The position numbers and the translations under genes were made by a program. A DNA stretch of 64,000 bases from Schmidtea polychroa (Eukaryota): assembly GCA_044892525.1 (NCBI GenBank), contig CM097888.1, positions 38,874,001-38,938,000 on the forward strand. The letters are read 5' to 3'. Under the pieces are notes generated by a model that was not told where the DNA came from, made no database searches, and was given only the letters and a program-made list of their open reading frames with translations. Shown here piece by piece: positions 1 through 14,195 of the stretch; position 1 is the first letter of the stretch, and each line of letters starts with the position of its first letter.

Positions 1-206
1 ATCCAAAAATTTGGCATTGGGCTAATTTCCCTATTTAGATTTAAAATGACAAAATGTTAAGTTTGAGGGGCAAAAGTCACCAAATTAAAAATTTGAAGTC
101 AAAGGTTAAAATCGAGTAATGTGCCAAAAATGGAAGGGAAAGAATAATTATCTTTATTAAATAGCACTGGAAAAATGCATTGCCAAAAATCAATGTTAAT
201 CTATAG

Positions 207-345
207 AAGAGAGCTTGAAGACTATAAATCTATAAATATATCGTTTTTTGATTCACTTGAAAAAGGCTGTGCCGAAAATTCGTCAGTATCAAAAAAAATC
301 GATATATTACTGATTTATAGTCTTCAAGCTCTCTTTTTAATAAAT
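207..345. repeat. Fold-back pair of an unclassified dispersed repeat family
   Basis: Perfect 24-bp inverted repeat 207-230 / 312-335. Related copies at 2731-2871, about 14331-14400, 16123-16210, 20887-20968 and 31750-31872. Confidence 0.8.
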
Positions 346-2674
346 TTAATAAATCCAATGGAAGAAATAATCAATGGTGAAATTGGAAAAAAAAGTTCTT
401 ATAATATAACTGATAATGCAAGTCGTACAAATAATGCACAATTTTTACATCCCGTCTTTACCTGCTAGATCAAATAATTACCAATATGAGTATTTTGAGA
501 TATATTTTACTAAATCATGCATTTTGATGGAAATTATCATTACATATTATAACATTTTTTTTGCAAACACATTGCATCAACGTATTTTATATCGTATTGT
601 GCAAATGATATTTAAAAAACAATTAATAAATACTTTTTTAATTGAAGGTAAAAATCAAAATTAATATTTGTCCCATGTCATTCAGCTTGGATCTTTATTT
701 TTATAATTAGTGAATCTCCTTCAGGCTATGTACCTCTTGATAAACCTTGATATATTTATATTATTTTAATAATTTAATGAAAATCTACAAAGGAAGCTGG
801 TTTCTAGATTTTCCATAAACTTTTAAATCTTTATAAATGAAGAAAAATGATAAAAATTCATTATAATCTATTTTATTTGATGGATTCCCAAGTAAATGTA
901 TAAGAATCAAGATTGTCAAAATAGAGTTGTGAGTTTGATAGAACTGCTTAAATGATGACTTTTAGGGGATGATCAAAACCAGAACCAAAAGGAAATTTAC
1001 TGATGGAAACCAAAGTGTCACAAACTTTCAAAACCTACAAGACCGTGAAATCTCAAAGTCTGATTCAATATTCTTTATTCGAATTTCTACGAAAATAGTA
1101 AAGCCAAATTACATTAAAATTGTCGAAGTTTGTAGATCACGTGTCAGTAATATTTCCAAAGACGTGGAAAAGATTAAAATAAAGACGCATTATTGCTAAG
1201 GATTTTACCGAAATGTATAAAAGACCTTCCCATTAATAATTTTACTCTTTGAATGTTGAGTTAGAAGTTCAATCATCTCACAAGGACAAAACTTAAGATT
1301 TGTTTTATTAAATAATATTTTTATATGTTTTTAAACTTATTGGATTTAAGTAAAACTTTTAATTTCGGTAAATTTTGAGTTAATTAAAAATGACTCATTT
1401 AAATAATTTTGAATAAATTATGATAAAAAAATGAGTTTGTGAAGTTTCGAATATAATATAAATCACGACTTCATATAAAGTTTTATTAAAATAAATCCAA
1501 CAAAATTGATTTGAAATTACCCTAGGTCTGTCGAAAATGTATTTAATAAATATTTTCATTGTAAATTGAATTGATTCTGGAAATATTTATAATTTATAAT
1601 ATAATGTTTTAATTGTAGTCTAAAGTGATTCTGACATGTTGCTTTTTATTTTTTTAATTTCAGATATTCAAACAAATTAATTTTTTTTTATATTTTTAAT
1701 TTAATTTATTTTAAATATATAATTTTTAATATATTGTTAATAATTATAGATATTAATAAAATTCTACTTTCTTATAAATATAATCATAACCATAACAGAG
1801 TTGTTTGCTTTTGATTATCAATAGAAATGTTTTACTGTGAAAAGTTTAATATGAAAAAATCGCAGCAAAGGATTCTTAATTATAATCTTTTTCTGACACA
1901 ATATCGACAGAAAAAATGGTAAAGGATATATAAAAGATATACATTCGATCACATAAAATCCAAATTATTTACTGGGGTATCAAAGAGTAATTTCGATCAC
2001 CACATATTTAGGTTACTGACCCAGCCGACGTCTAGTGTCAAAATTTCAATTTGAAATCACAAATGTAAATTTAGAATTAAAAATTTAATTTTTCAGAAAT
2101 TCACACTGTTAAACATTTGATTTAAAAGTAAAATAATTTAAATATATTTTTCAAAAAAATAAAAAAATCGGAAATAGAAATTAGTACACAAGAATGAATT
2201 GTGCACTGACCCGTTGTACGCAAACAATTAATCGATATTTGAAATTTTATGGCTGAATTAATTCAATTTTTTCAAATAAATTTTTTGATAAATACAAAAA
2301 ATATTGAACACAATTATAAATATTTTATCAAAAAATCTTGATTGGAAATCAATTTTTCTCACAAGAAAAAATAAATTTTTTGATAAAAATCATCAAGGTT
2401 AGTTGAAAACTATTTCAAATTCATCTCCTTAAATTCATCATTAATTATTTACAATGCTCTGAACACTGAAGACACTCAGAATAATAAAAACAATTATTAC
2501 ATGCCAGAAAAAGAAAAGATAACATCATTTCTTAGTTTATCGATATTTTTGCAAATAATAAATTAGATTTTTACATTATAACTATAATTATAGTATAAAA
2601 TGTGGGTTTCTTGGTAGTAGCATAATTTAAATGTTAAATAAGTAAATTATAATAATATCGTTTACCTGTTTACC

Positions 2675-2728
<54 letters not shown>
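2675..2728. repeat. (AAT)18 microsatellite
   Basis: Direct reading. Confidence 0.95.
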
Positions 2729-2729
<1 letters not shown>

Positions 2730-2784
2730 TTATAAGAACTTTTTTTCAAATTTCACCACTGATTTCTTTTCCATTGACATTGTA

Positions 2785-2871
2785 TTTATTAAAAAGCTTG
2801 AATATGAATAGGTAAATATATCAATGATTTTTTGATATATTTACTGATTCATAGTCAAGCGTTTTAATAAA
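2785..2871. repeat. 40-bp hairpin (36/40 paired, 7-nt loop) of the same repeat family
   Basis: Arm 2785-2824 vs arm 2832-2871. Confidence 0.85.
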
Positions 2872-3355
2872 TAATAATAATACTAATAATAATAATAATT
2901 ATTATTATTAAACAATTAAATGATAAATAAACTTATTGCTGCAAAGTATATATTCAATAAAATTAAAATTAATANNNNNNNNNNNNNNNNNNNNNNNNNN
3001 NNNNNNNNNNNNNNNNNNNNNNNNNNNNNNNNNNNNNNNNNNNNNNNNNNNNNNNNNNNNNNNNNNNNNNNNNNNNNNNNNNNNNNNNNNNNNNNNNNNN
3101 NNNNNNNNNNNNNNNNNNNNNNNNNNNNNNNNNNNNNNNNNNNNNNNNNNNNNNNNNNNNNNNNNNNNNNNNNNNNNNNNNNNNNNNNNNNNNNNNNNNN
3201 NNNNNNNNNNNNNNNNNNNNNNNNNNNNNNNNNNNNNNNNNNNNNTAAAAACATAGTTTGTTTTTTGAATTTTAGATATTACAATTCTATTCAATGTCTA
3301 TTGAATAAGTATTGTTATATTTTGTATTAATGGACAATGAGACTAAAACACTAAC

Positions 3356-3750
3356 CTGAACACTAATTAAAACCGCACAGATCATCAACTGAGATTTGGG
3401 AGAAATGCAAGGAGGTCTCTTAGCGGTTTTTTGAGCAGATTCGAATATTCTGGCGATTCTATTTGTCTTAGTTAACAGAGAAGCATACATAACTGAAAAG
3501 CCAAGTCCCAGCAAAATCCTTTGAGTGGCACAAGAAAACACAGTCGGTTTGAGAAGAAAAACAAATGACACCAAATAACAAACTAAACATCCTGAGAGAA
3601 TTAAAAATGACAGCTCACGCCCCGAAGCTCTAACAATTGGAGTATTTTTATAATAATAGAAAACACCCATTACAGATGTTGTAGTTGCAGTTCCAAGAAA
3701 ACTGAGAATCATAGGTATAATAGCTAACCAACCACTGAGCTTCATGTAAT
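3356..3750 (-). CDS. mGluR: mGluR coding exon 4 (TM1-TM4); its 5' end lies in the N-gap 3751-4067
   Basis: YMKLSGWLAIIP...NTPIVRASGRELSFLILSG...LLTKTNRIARIF...RPPCISPKSQL...LISVQ, then donor CAG|GTTAGT at 3356/3355. The TM4-TM7 exons were not found in 1-3355, so they are in gap 2975-3245 or off-window. Confidence 0.93.
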
Positions 3751-4789
3751 NNNNNNNNNNNNNNNNNNNNNNNNNNNNNNNNNNNNNNNNNNNNNNNNNN
3801 NNNNNNNNNNNNNNNNNNNNNNNNNNNNNNNNNNNNNNNNNNNNNNNNNNNNNNNNNNNNNNNNNNNNNNNNNNNNNNNNNNNNNNNNNNNNNNNNNNNN
3901 NNNNNNNNNNNNNNNNNNNNNNNNNNNNNNNNNNNNNNNNNNNNNNNNNNNNNNNNNNNNNNNNNNNNNNNNNNNNNNNNNNNNNNNNNNNNNNNNNNNN
4001 NNNNNNNNNNNNNNNNNNNNNNNNNNNNNNNNNNNNNNNNNNNNNNNNNNNNNNNNNNNNNNNNNNAATAATAATTCTACGCTTTATGCATTTTTATTTA
4101 CGAAATATTTTAACATAGGAATTAATTTTTTTTCAGTAAGAAATTTAACAAAAAAGGTAGAAAACATTTACTGACTCTAATTATTTCTAGGGACAAATGA
4201 CTGTTTACAGAGCGCCACATCAAATAGTCATTAATGTATGATTAATAGAATGACAACTGTATTTTTTGTTTGCCAGCTGATCTGGAGACAGAAATTTATA
4301 GCGTACAGATTTCAAGTTTGTTTAAAAATAATAAAATGTAACGTTTTTTAAAACCAATTTCAGTTTCTTTAACGAATTTTAGTGATATTTAATATGCATG
4401 TATTTTAATAGTGCATTAATGAAGAAATTAGGAAATTATATTTCGTTATCAGAGTATTTATTAGAGCCTATATTTTTGTGAAAAGAAAATTAGAACATCT
4501 GGCAAATAGAGTACAANNNNNNNNNNNNNNNNNNNNNNNNNNNNNNNNNNNNNNNNNNNNNNNNNNNNNNNNNNNNNNNNNNNNNNNNNNNNNNNNNNNN
4601 NNNNNNNNNNNNNNNNNNNNNNNNNNNNNNNNNNNNNNNNNNNNNNNNNNNNNNNNNNNNNNNNNNNNNNNNNNNNNNNNNAGTAATATTTTAATTTATT
4701 ATAATAATTTATATTTGCAAACTTGCAGCCCTTTTGAAGGTCTAACAAATCAAATTAAAGATGTTTATTTTGTTGGGTTTTAGATTACT

Positions 4790-5745
4790 TTGAGTCGGTT
4801 CCCTCTGACTCCTAGTGTTCTTTAAATCAAAACAATGAACGACCCAGCGTATATTGAAACAAAAGGTTCACAATTTATTATCACCACTTTACAATTACTA
4901 ATCAAAGTTCCGTTTGTACGATTCTCCGCTCGGCGTTGATGCTTTGCAAATAGATAATATTCACCTTTTATCCCTTTAGATTCTCTCGACCCACGTTTTC
5001 CTCGGTTTCTGTTTGATTTGATTTCTTGTTCACCTTCCCGTATTCCTAATTCTATTTCTTCTTTTCCCTACTTTCCCTAATTCGTTTTCGCCTTTTCCTA
5101 AGCTCTGTTTCTTCCAACCTTAGCTGAGGCAAAATGCCGATTTTCTCTGATTTTCCCTTTCCTTATATACTCCTCGAAATCAGGATGACAAATGGTTATT
5201 GCCGAGCCAATCTTTCATTTGACATTTGCTCCCACGTATTTGCTTCGGCTGTCACCCATAATGGTCCAACGAATCCAGATAATTAATGGCCCTTCCGGTC
5301 TTCCAACACGCGCTATCTTCTCCTTGCTCTTTTCTAATTAATCATTGTGTCAAGCTAATGGCCCCAAATCTTCCTTCTGTTTGCTTTTCTTCTTGTTTAC
5401 CCAGCTCGGGTTTCCTTTATCTCTCGGGTTCTCCATTGGCTCGGGTTTTCCATTAGCCAATTAATTAATTAATTAATGTTTTCTGTTTTCATACATTTGA
5501 ATGCTTTTCGACCCTTCCTAACCATTTTCTGATAAATCCCTAATCATCATATTGTTGACCATTAGTCCCGTTTTCCCCATTCGATTTCGATGATTTTACC
5601 ATTTATTGATTTTTCTCGGATTTCCGGATTCTTGCCTTTCGTAATTGCTTTTGGCAATTTCTAATACTGCTTCCATCACACTTTCCTTTACTATTGATTC
5701 TGTGCATGATCCCGCTTTTATTCGTCTTTTTTCTTCGCTTACTTT
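4790..5745 (-). pseudogene. Decayed retroelement-like coding relic (purine-rich strand)
   Basis: GC-elevated, with strong A/G bias on the minus strand and many stops. One frame reads GFVGPLWV..EANTWEQ (weak GPF/chromodomain-like). Confidence 0.35.
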
Positions 5746-8700
5746 CTATTTGAATTATTAGCCTATTTTTCATTTAAATTTTATTTTAATTTACGGACCT
5801 CAACAATTTAGTTTTAGTAAATACTGATTTTTAATCACAAAATAAATAATCTGAGTAAAATCGAAAAGTGAGGACTGATCAATGATGAGTTAAAACAAAA
5901 AATATATATAAAGCAATAAATTGTCAATAAATCAACATAAAACAAAATTATTTTCATAAAATACTATCTATAACAAACATTATTATTACAATTTAGAAAA
6001 GATGTTTTTTAAAACATATCATTCTGTGTTTCTTTTTTTGCGTACGTCATTTATGTTTTATAATGTTTTTTAATATATATTGTACATAATTTTGATTTTC
6101 TACATTACTATGCATATTATCATATTTTTTAACATAAAATCTTGTATAAGTTTGGAGATGTTTATTTAAATAAAAAATTTATTATCCTTTTGATAAAAAA
6201 GTATATATATGATTATACTTTTGTGGGTGTATTTGAAGGATGATGCTTAAACAAAACAACAGGAGATAATTAAAATCTGAACTGGAAGATTTGAAATATT
6301 ACTTTATATGATCTTATACTTATACTTTTATATTTAATTTTTAAATGGTTTTTTAAATTTCATTTAATTTCATGTATACTATAGATTAATTTTCTCTAAA
6401 GTACGTTTTACTTTCAACACTCATTTTTCAAAAGTTATTTTTTGTAAAAAGATAGATAAAACAGAAAAAATTGTTTTTCAAAGGAAAAAAACCGATTTAC
6501 AGTAGTAATAAAAATAAATGAAATGTTAAAGTAAAATAAAACCGGATCAAATATGAAATAGTTTAAATATATTTATTATATATTAAATGTTTTAATAAGT
6601 AAAAATTAACCTAATTTATTAATTAAGGAAGTTAAATTTAAGTCAAATATAGAATAATTTTAGAAATAATTTTATAACATAATTTCAATTTTTTGTAAAT
6701 ATCAAATTTATTAAGTTATTTATATTTATTTGACAACAGAAATCAGAGCAAAATTATCCTTTCTCTTTCAATTTTTCGTAATTCTTTTTAATCCATTAGT
6801 TAAACCAAAGATTATTATGAATGGCGTGATTTCATACAATTTCTATTTAACAAATTTTTATTAATTTTATTTTTATCATTTTTTAAAGTTATTAAATAAT
6901 AATTTTATAATAGTGAATGAAATAAATTAATTAAATTAATTTTGTTATTTACTTTTATTTAGAAATAGATTATGTCAAATGTGTACAAAAACAATTTAGC
7001 TGACTGAATAAGTACATTTTGAAATAAAGGAATGTATATATTTATATATTTATATATATATTTACATTTTTCATAAGCAAAATTACAACAAATCCTTAAT
7101 TTAGATCCCTATTTTCCTCTTTTATAGATTTTTAATGACTTAGAAGTTGGCATCATTTTGTCTATGTTAAAGATTCATTTCATATGATATGTTTTTAAAT
7201 AAATATTAATTAACAAACAAACTGCAAACTTACTTCTTTTATATTTTCAGAATTCATTGCTGATTTCCAAAATATATATCCAAAATATATTTCCAAAATA
7301 TATATCCTTTTTACAACGGTACTAAAATCATCTTTTCTCTTTGGAACAATACTGTATTTGAGATATTGTTTCTTTCATAAAGTCAAATAATTACTCTATT
7401 ATTTAAAGAGTCAATCCTAAACCACTGACCTCCTTAAATTTGTTAAATTGTGAAATATATTTCATTTTAACACTGGAACTACCAAAGTTGATTGGTAAAT
7501 TCCAGATATACGTTTAGCATATCATTGAAATTATTGTATTTAAATTGAAATTAAACATTATTTTCAATTACTTGTGTTATATTATAAATCATTATAAAAA
7601 CAATACATAAAAAGCGTTATTAAAAAGTTAAATCCGTCATTTGGACGTATCATTTTTTTCGTAATTCATTTTTATAGTTGTATTTTTAATGATATTTCTT
7701 ACAATTCTCACCATCAGAATTGGTCCTATTTAAAATGAAATTGAATCCATTGCATCAACGACATTTGCCTTGGTTATAAAAGGTGGCCACCATTTTTAAT
7801 AAATTTCCATCTGAAAATTATTGGATAGTTTCAGTTTTGTCACAAGCATATATTAACCCTACTTAGTGTATTGATCTATTCTACATTTAAAATAAATGAT
7901 TTTTGAAACTTCAACTGTTTTGCCTTTTATAAATTTTAATTTCCATACTATTATATAACCTTGTAATTTCCCCATTACAGGGAATGAGCTCGTGCCATTT
8001 ATGCCTAATTTTGATTTATGAAATATTGTTTATTTGCTGTTTTCTAAACTCCCTGCAAATTTCTGATAAAAAAACATTCAAATTACCACTTGAAATCAAA
8101 TTTGCATCATCTTGAATAATTTTTTTAAATTCATCTTCATCGAGATCTGCTTCACATTCATTTTCCATTTTGAAATGATCACGAAAAGTAAATTTAAAAA
8201 TTAAATTTAAATTTAAAACTTTTTTGAATTAATTCCGTTCCTTATCCTATTAAATAATTGATTGGTTTAAACAACACGAAATATCATTTTCAAAATTATA
8301 AACAAAAATTCCAGTAAAAAACAACATAAAAAATTCCTTAATTAACGAAAAATAAAAATAAAATGAATTTTGTAATTTGAAAAATTTGAAATTTAAGTTA
8401 ATTTTAATGAAATATTAAGAAACGAAAAATTTTTAAATATATAACATTTAGTGAATTTATAAAAAAGTCAAAACGGAAAATTTGAAAAAATCAATTGTTA
8501 ATTGTGATAAATCCATAAAAAATTTAATTAAAAATTATTCTAATTCATATAGACTTGCATTTTATGTTAATTTCTTTATTTAATTTAATTTTTTTCTTTT
8601 TCGTTATATAATATTGTTTTTGTGTTAATTTTTTAATAGTTTTGTTTTAATTGGTATATAATGTTTCTTTATTGTTTAAACCAATGAACTAATTAATGAA

Positions 8701-9638
8701 AATCGGAACAAAATGAATTTAAAATGTTTTGGTTAATGCAATACTAATTTAATTTTGCTTTTAATAATAAATTATCTCACAGTTTGAATTGAACTCGAAT
8801 AATTCATGATGATGGGAAATAATAAAGAGCTAAATTTTGAAGCAAATTTATTACTTGATGATTTGATGGATGAAACGAACCAATATGACGATGAGAACTT
8901 GAATATTATTGTTAATGTGCGAAAGAAAGTAAAAGAACGGAATTACAAGTTGGAAAGTGAGATTAGGCGGGGATTTTAAGGTTTTATGTCAAGCAGGATA
9001 CTCACTCTGGAATTATAAAAAGTTTGCATACTTTGAAATATATATATATAAGGGGATCAAATAAGAAATAATATAGATACATAACGGATAGTAATGTCTA
9101 AATATGAAAGCATTGTTTAACCGTATCAATTAGCTATTCACACTTTGAATAATTTAAGAAGTCAACTAATGCAGATGAAACCAACATTGAAAGAAAACCG
9201 AAGTTCATAAGTCCTATTAGTTTTAATATGGTGATAAAGAACTAAATTTTTAAATTATTGCTGTTATTGAAAAATGTTTTATAATAATAACTGTTGTGGT
9301 TGTAAGACTAAAATTATCTTAATAGCAAAATGAAATATCTTGGCAACAGTAAAAAAAAGTATAAATATAAGACAGTATAAATATAAAAATTAATAACTAA
9401 CTAGCTTAATTTATGACAGCCTAATTTAATGTAGAACATTAGTGTATAATAAATGTTTATTTTGCATACTATCTTCATAAATAATGTGTAATAATACCAA
9501 ACTATGCATTATTAAAACAAATATAGACAAAACGAGCTCGTAAACATTTTATAGAGGACTTTGGACGACTAATAGTAATTTTAAACAAAGATAGGAAAAA
9601 TTAAATTAGCAAAACATGTAAATAAAATTTAATCTTAC

Positions 9639-9795
9639 CGTTAAAAGATAACAACCAGTTCTATTTTGGTAAGGCCATTCTCCTTCAGCGCACATTTCGC
9701 ATTTCGTCATGTTCACAACGTATTCATTACTTTTACATAACTCGCACCCCCAACAACATTTGCTTTCTTTGCTATAAATTCGAATTTGTCCGACT
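9639..9795 (-). CDS. mGluR: mGluR coding exon 3 (cysteine-rich NCD3G domain); not in the ORF track
   Basis: Acceptor gcaacag|A at 9796/9795. Translates VGQIRIYSKESKCCWGCELCKSNEYVVNMTKCEMCAEGEWPYQNRTGCYLLT. Donor ACG|GTAAG (157 nt = 1 + 52 codons, phases consistent). Confidence 0.95.
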
Positions 9796-11462
9796 CTGTT
9801 GCGTTATATCATATTATCAATTAATTCAATCATTATTTTGTTTAAATAGATTGTATTAATAAAATATGTTTTCAAAATGAAATTTGTTTAAAGCTATTTA
9901 ATATATAAAATTAAATATCGTAATAAATGAAGGAATTGGATTTGTTGTAATTAAAATTAATAAAATCTTTTTGTGTAAACTTGAATTCAATTGCTAGTAA
10001 ATACAACTGAAATAGAAGTGAAAATCTTGAAAATCTTTTTTTTTGAGAATTATACGTGATTTATTTGCGTTTTGGATTCGTGAAATTATTGCTTACAATT
10101 ATCATCACAAGTATTTTCTATAGGAAAATTAGAAAAAAACAGAATTATGATTTTCTAACAAAATATATAACGAATTTACTATTTGATTTTTAAATTTCAT
10201 AAATATATTTTTTCAAGAAGCAAAGTTTTTATTTTTATTAAAATTATGATTATAATTTACTTTATAATTCAAACAAATCAGAAGCAGAAGTAATGATTTT
10301 CGTACTGATGAATATTATCATATTGTTTATTAGGCCATGTAAAAATTTCAAATTAACAAAAACAAAAAAAAATTGTTTAAATATAATCATTTAAAATAAA
10401 ATTCAAGATTTTATCATTTTCTTTACACGTCAATGTCTGATCATGAAAATTCATTTAAAAAATAATTAATATTAAAATATTAATAACATGTATCTAATTT
10501 ATTATTTTGTTTTTATAATGTTATAATCATTTAGATAAATATAAGTTATTCATTTTTTGAAATTTTTTTTTCATACTTGGGACACATTTCAGTGGGATAA
10601 TAATATCAAGAATTACATATCCAAATCAGGAAATCAAAAATAAGGTTTGCCTGCAAAAGAAATATAAAAACCAAAATGTCGAATGCTTTCTAAATAATTA
10701 TTAAAATATTTATTTGTTTTATATTATTTATCAGATTTCATTTTTTGTAAAAAAAGACTTAAAAGAATTATTATTTTTTTTATTGACATTTAAAGTTATA
10801 AGCAAAGGATAAAGGGAAATGGTTTGGCATAATAAAATGGTTTGAAATAATTGTCGTGGATTAAAAATAATCATATTCAATTGTGTGCTATAGCGAGCCA
10901 TTTGTTAAATTTTTATGATAATTTGCGAGCCTCTTGTTATTTTCAGTTCATTGTTTATGTTGATTATTTATGAACAGATTACAAAAAAGTTTAAAGATTA
11001 TTGTGAAATTAAAAACTGTATGTTTCTTTTCAATTTGCATAGTATTTTTAATAAAAATTGATTATGAATCAGCAAAGATTTAAAAAACATCGATATGTTC
11101 AGAAAAAGGATTTGTATAGGATTTGCAGTTCATTAAAAAAACAAAATTAATTAGAGATTATATCATACAAGGTAAGATAAGTAAATGTATATTGCTCTCA
11201 TTAATTAATACAGAAACCAAAAAGCCAAAAGAAGAAACGCGATATCGGATATCGAAGATTATTCTTTTAATTAAAGTGACTTATATAATATTAATTATTT
11301 TAATATTATTTAATGGTTGTTTAAATAATCAGGATTTAAAGCTCAGATTTAATTTTCAGATAAAATGGATTTAAAATATCTTTCAAATTTTATTTTTATA
11401 TATTCTCACCATTCTAGAAAATTTCTTTATTATTTTTTATATCAAAATTACAAAAGTCTTAC

Positions 11463-11673
11463 GGGCAATCTTCACTGCATATTGATCGGGGTATTTCTTT
11501 TTCTTCGCCTGGCCAAGTTACCTCCGTATTTAAAAAAAGCCCATCGTGTCGAAATTCACCAATATTCTTATAGTAATATTTTCCAGTTGTTTTGTTACGT
11601 ATATAATTATAGATGTTGTACTGGCCCACACTGTCGCCATTGCTGTCAAACGATACCAGGTTTCCATATGAGT
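11463..11673 (-). CDS. mGluR: mGluR coding exon 2 (end of flytrap domain, start of cysteine-rich domain)
   Basis: Acceptor tatttcag|AC at 11674/11673 joins exon 1 in phase to give NNSFT-D-SYGNLVSFDSNGDSVGQYNIYNY...TWPGEEKEIPRSICSEDC-P. Donor CC|GTAAG is at 11463/11462 (211 nt, phase 2). Confidence 0.95.
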
Positions 11674-11825
11674 CTGAAATAGGGGTATGTATAAAATGAT
11701 CAAATAATATTCTAAATAATAATAATTCGTTGTAAATTATATATGCAGCTCCTATTTTGTGATTTATTAAACTTTGACATGTTTGCACTATTTCAAGCTG
11801 CAAAATATAATAAAAGAAAAAAATA

Positions 11826-12032
11826 CCGTATTAGCCCGAATATAACGCGACATTTTTACGTAATATTAATTTTGGTTTAAATTAATTAATTTTTTTGCCA
11901 TGAATATAACCTATGTATTACTTTTAATTACCTAACCAAACGCTTATCTGATTGAATTTCCCTTAATTTTAATTTTTTTATGAGTATTTTTTTTCTAAAA
12001 TTCGGGGTCGCGTTATATTTGGGCTAATACGG
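11826..12032. mobile_element. Tc2/pogo-type (Tc1-mariner superfamily) MITE, 207 bp
   Basis: 26-bp TIR CCGTATTAGCCC(G/A)AATATAACGCGAC with 1 mismatch; TA on both sides. Confidence 0.88.
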
Positions 12033-14075
12033 TAATTAGCTTTTTATTTAGGGAACACACTAATTTATTTATGGGTTGATGATTCTTTTTCACTTATCTG
12101 TGACAAATATTAAAGAAAAAGAAAAGGGACAGAAAACATGGCATTTAGAATTAATATAACGAAAAAAGCATGGACATTTATTGAAAAATGGTCTATTTTA
12201 ATAATTTTCGGAAATACAAAATTTTAATTAAATAAATTATTTTAAAGAAATGTATCAAAATATTTTTTTGAAAAAACTCATTCACCTATATATTGTCTTT
12301 TCTATTAAAAAAATGTTAGAGATTTGTAAGTTTTTATTTTAAATTTATTACTCATTTGTATTCTTTGTAATAAAATTTTAAAAATAGCTAAATATTATAA
12401 AAAATGATCGAGTACAGATTTTTGTTTTTAATACGTAGCAAATCGAAAGTTTTATTTCTAATTTACTCCAATGGCCGGATATTTTTCCTGTTTTCACACA
12501 GTCACACTAAGATGGAATGTTATGACACCTTGACGTCCTTCAAAAATTTTTAACCGTTGTCGAGAAACTTTAAATTTAAATCGAAGTCTGATTTTTTTAC
12601 AACGGATCATCTAAATACATTCGATAATGCATTTCAATAATAATTTTCTTTTCTGCATTTTTAGATCTCTACTTGTTAAAAAGTATAAAATTCAAAAAAC
12701 ATAAATTAAACATTATATAATTATAAAATCAACCATAAAAACATGGTTTCACTATCTTAATTTCACTCAAAACTAAAATTTCAATATGCGTTATCAATCC
12801 TATGAAATATTTATTTTGAATTTATATTAAAATAAGAAAATAACACTAGATTTGACATATCAATATTTTTCAAATTAACCAACTTGTCGTGATCGGATCG
12901 ATCTGAAAATGCATTGTTCTCGACAACGAATCTACTTGCCAATTTTCAGCTCAATTTTATCACGGAAAGTAGGTTAATTTGGCCTCACAAAATTGTCGTA
13001 CCACATACAAACATTAGCGAAGTTAATATAGAGAGTAAAAATAAATTTAACTTTTGTATGCTGTTACGCAGATCATTAAATAAAAATTTGAGTTTTAAAT
13101 TTAAAAAATTTAAAAAATTAATGAAATAGAAATTAATTTTTAAAACTTTTTTAAATAAATATAAATAAATAAATAATTGACTGTTAAAATCTTTACTGAA
13201 AGTTAATGTCGTACTGTTATATACATACAAAGTAAAGAAATTCAAAATAAAATAAGAGGTCTAAGGTGAAATGGATAAAAGGTTTTGCTAAAGACATTGC
13301 AAATATAACTTAATGATATTTTATATTATCTGATTGGCTGAAAATCGATGGCTATATTTTATTAAAGTATTTATAATTTACAATTGAAAATAATTTTTTT
13401 ATAATCGAAAACTTTCTCATTACAAAGATTTTGTAGGAAAACTTTTTTTAACATTTAATTTATTCTGCTAATAAGAAACCATTATTTTCTAGATTANNNN
13501 NNNNNNNNNNNNNNNNNNNNNNNNNNNNNNNNNNNNNNNNNNNNNNNNNNNNNNNNNNNNNNNNNNNNNNNNNNNNNNNNNNNNNNNNNNNNNNNNNNNN
13601 NNNNNNNNNNNNNNNNNNNNNNNNTAGAGAATTTCTAATTTATCTTATTAACGACTTAAACAGACTGAACTTATCTGATTTCACAGAAATAATTAATCAC
13701 AATTAAATTTATAATTAATTTCAGTCAGATTTTCGAACTTGTGGCAAGATCAGAGAAATAGTGAGAAATTTATATTTACGAAAATTTAACTATATTATAT
13801 GAATATTAAATTTTTTAAACCTTTTTCAAAAATGTTTATTTCATTAATTTTGCTTATTGCTGTTAATTTATTAGGATTTCCTTTGTTACCCGATAATCCA
13901 ATGCCGTTTTTTCAGATACATTTTTTTTAAAATTTCTTTAGTTATAAAATCAAGAATTTCTGTAAAGTTTTGTAATAAACTAATGAACATTATGGAAATG
14001 TTAAATAGAATTTAGTTTTCTATTAAATTGACAGGGTATTCCAAGGTATCGATACCAAACTTAGAGAATATAGAT

Positions 14076-14195
14076 TAGCGTTTTTCAACCGCTGGTCCGC
14101 GACCCAATATTAGGCCGCAAAAAAGTAAAATTGGTCTGCGTACACAGAATAGATAGATTTTTGGTCCGCAGTACGTTTTAGGTTGAATAACACTG
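14076..14195. mobile_element. hAT (Charlie-like) MITE, 120 bp
   Basis: Ends TAGCGTTTTTCAACC / CAGTGTTATTCAACC; 8-bp TSD ATATAGAT vs ATTTAGAT (7/8). Confidence 0.8.

Noticed and set aside
175-468. 97-aa ORF
   Set aside because: It overlaps the fold-back repeat pair and has no recognisable domain.
1-3355. Remaining mGluR TM4-TM7 exons
   Set aside because: No FNEAK or CTxYA-like sequence was found on the minus strand; probably in gap 2975-3245 or left of the window.
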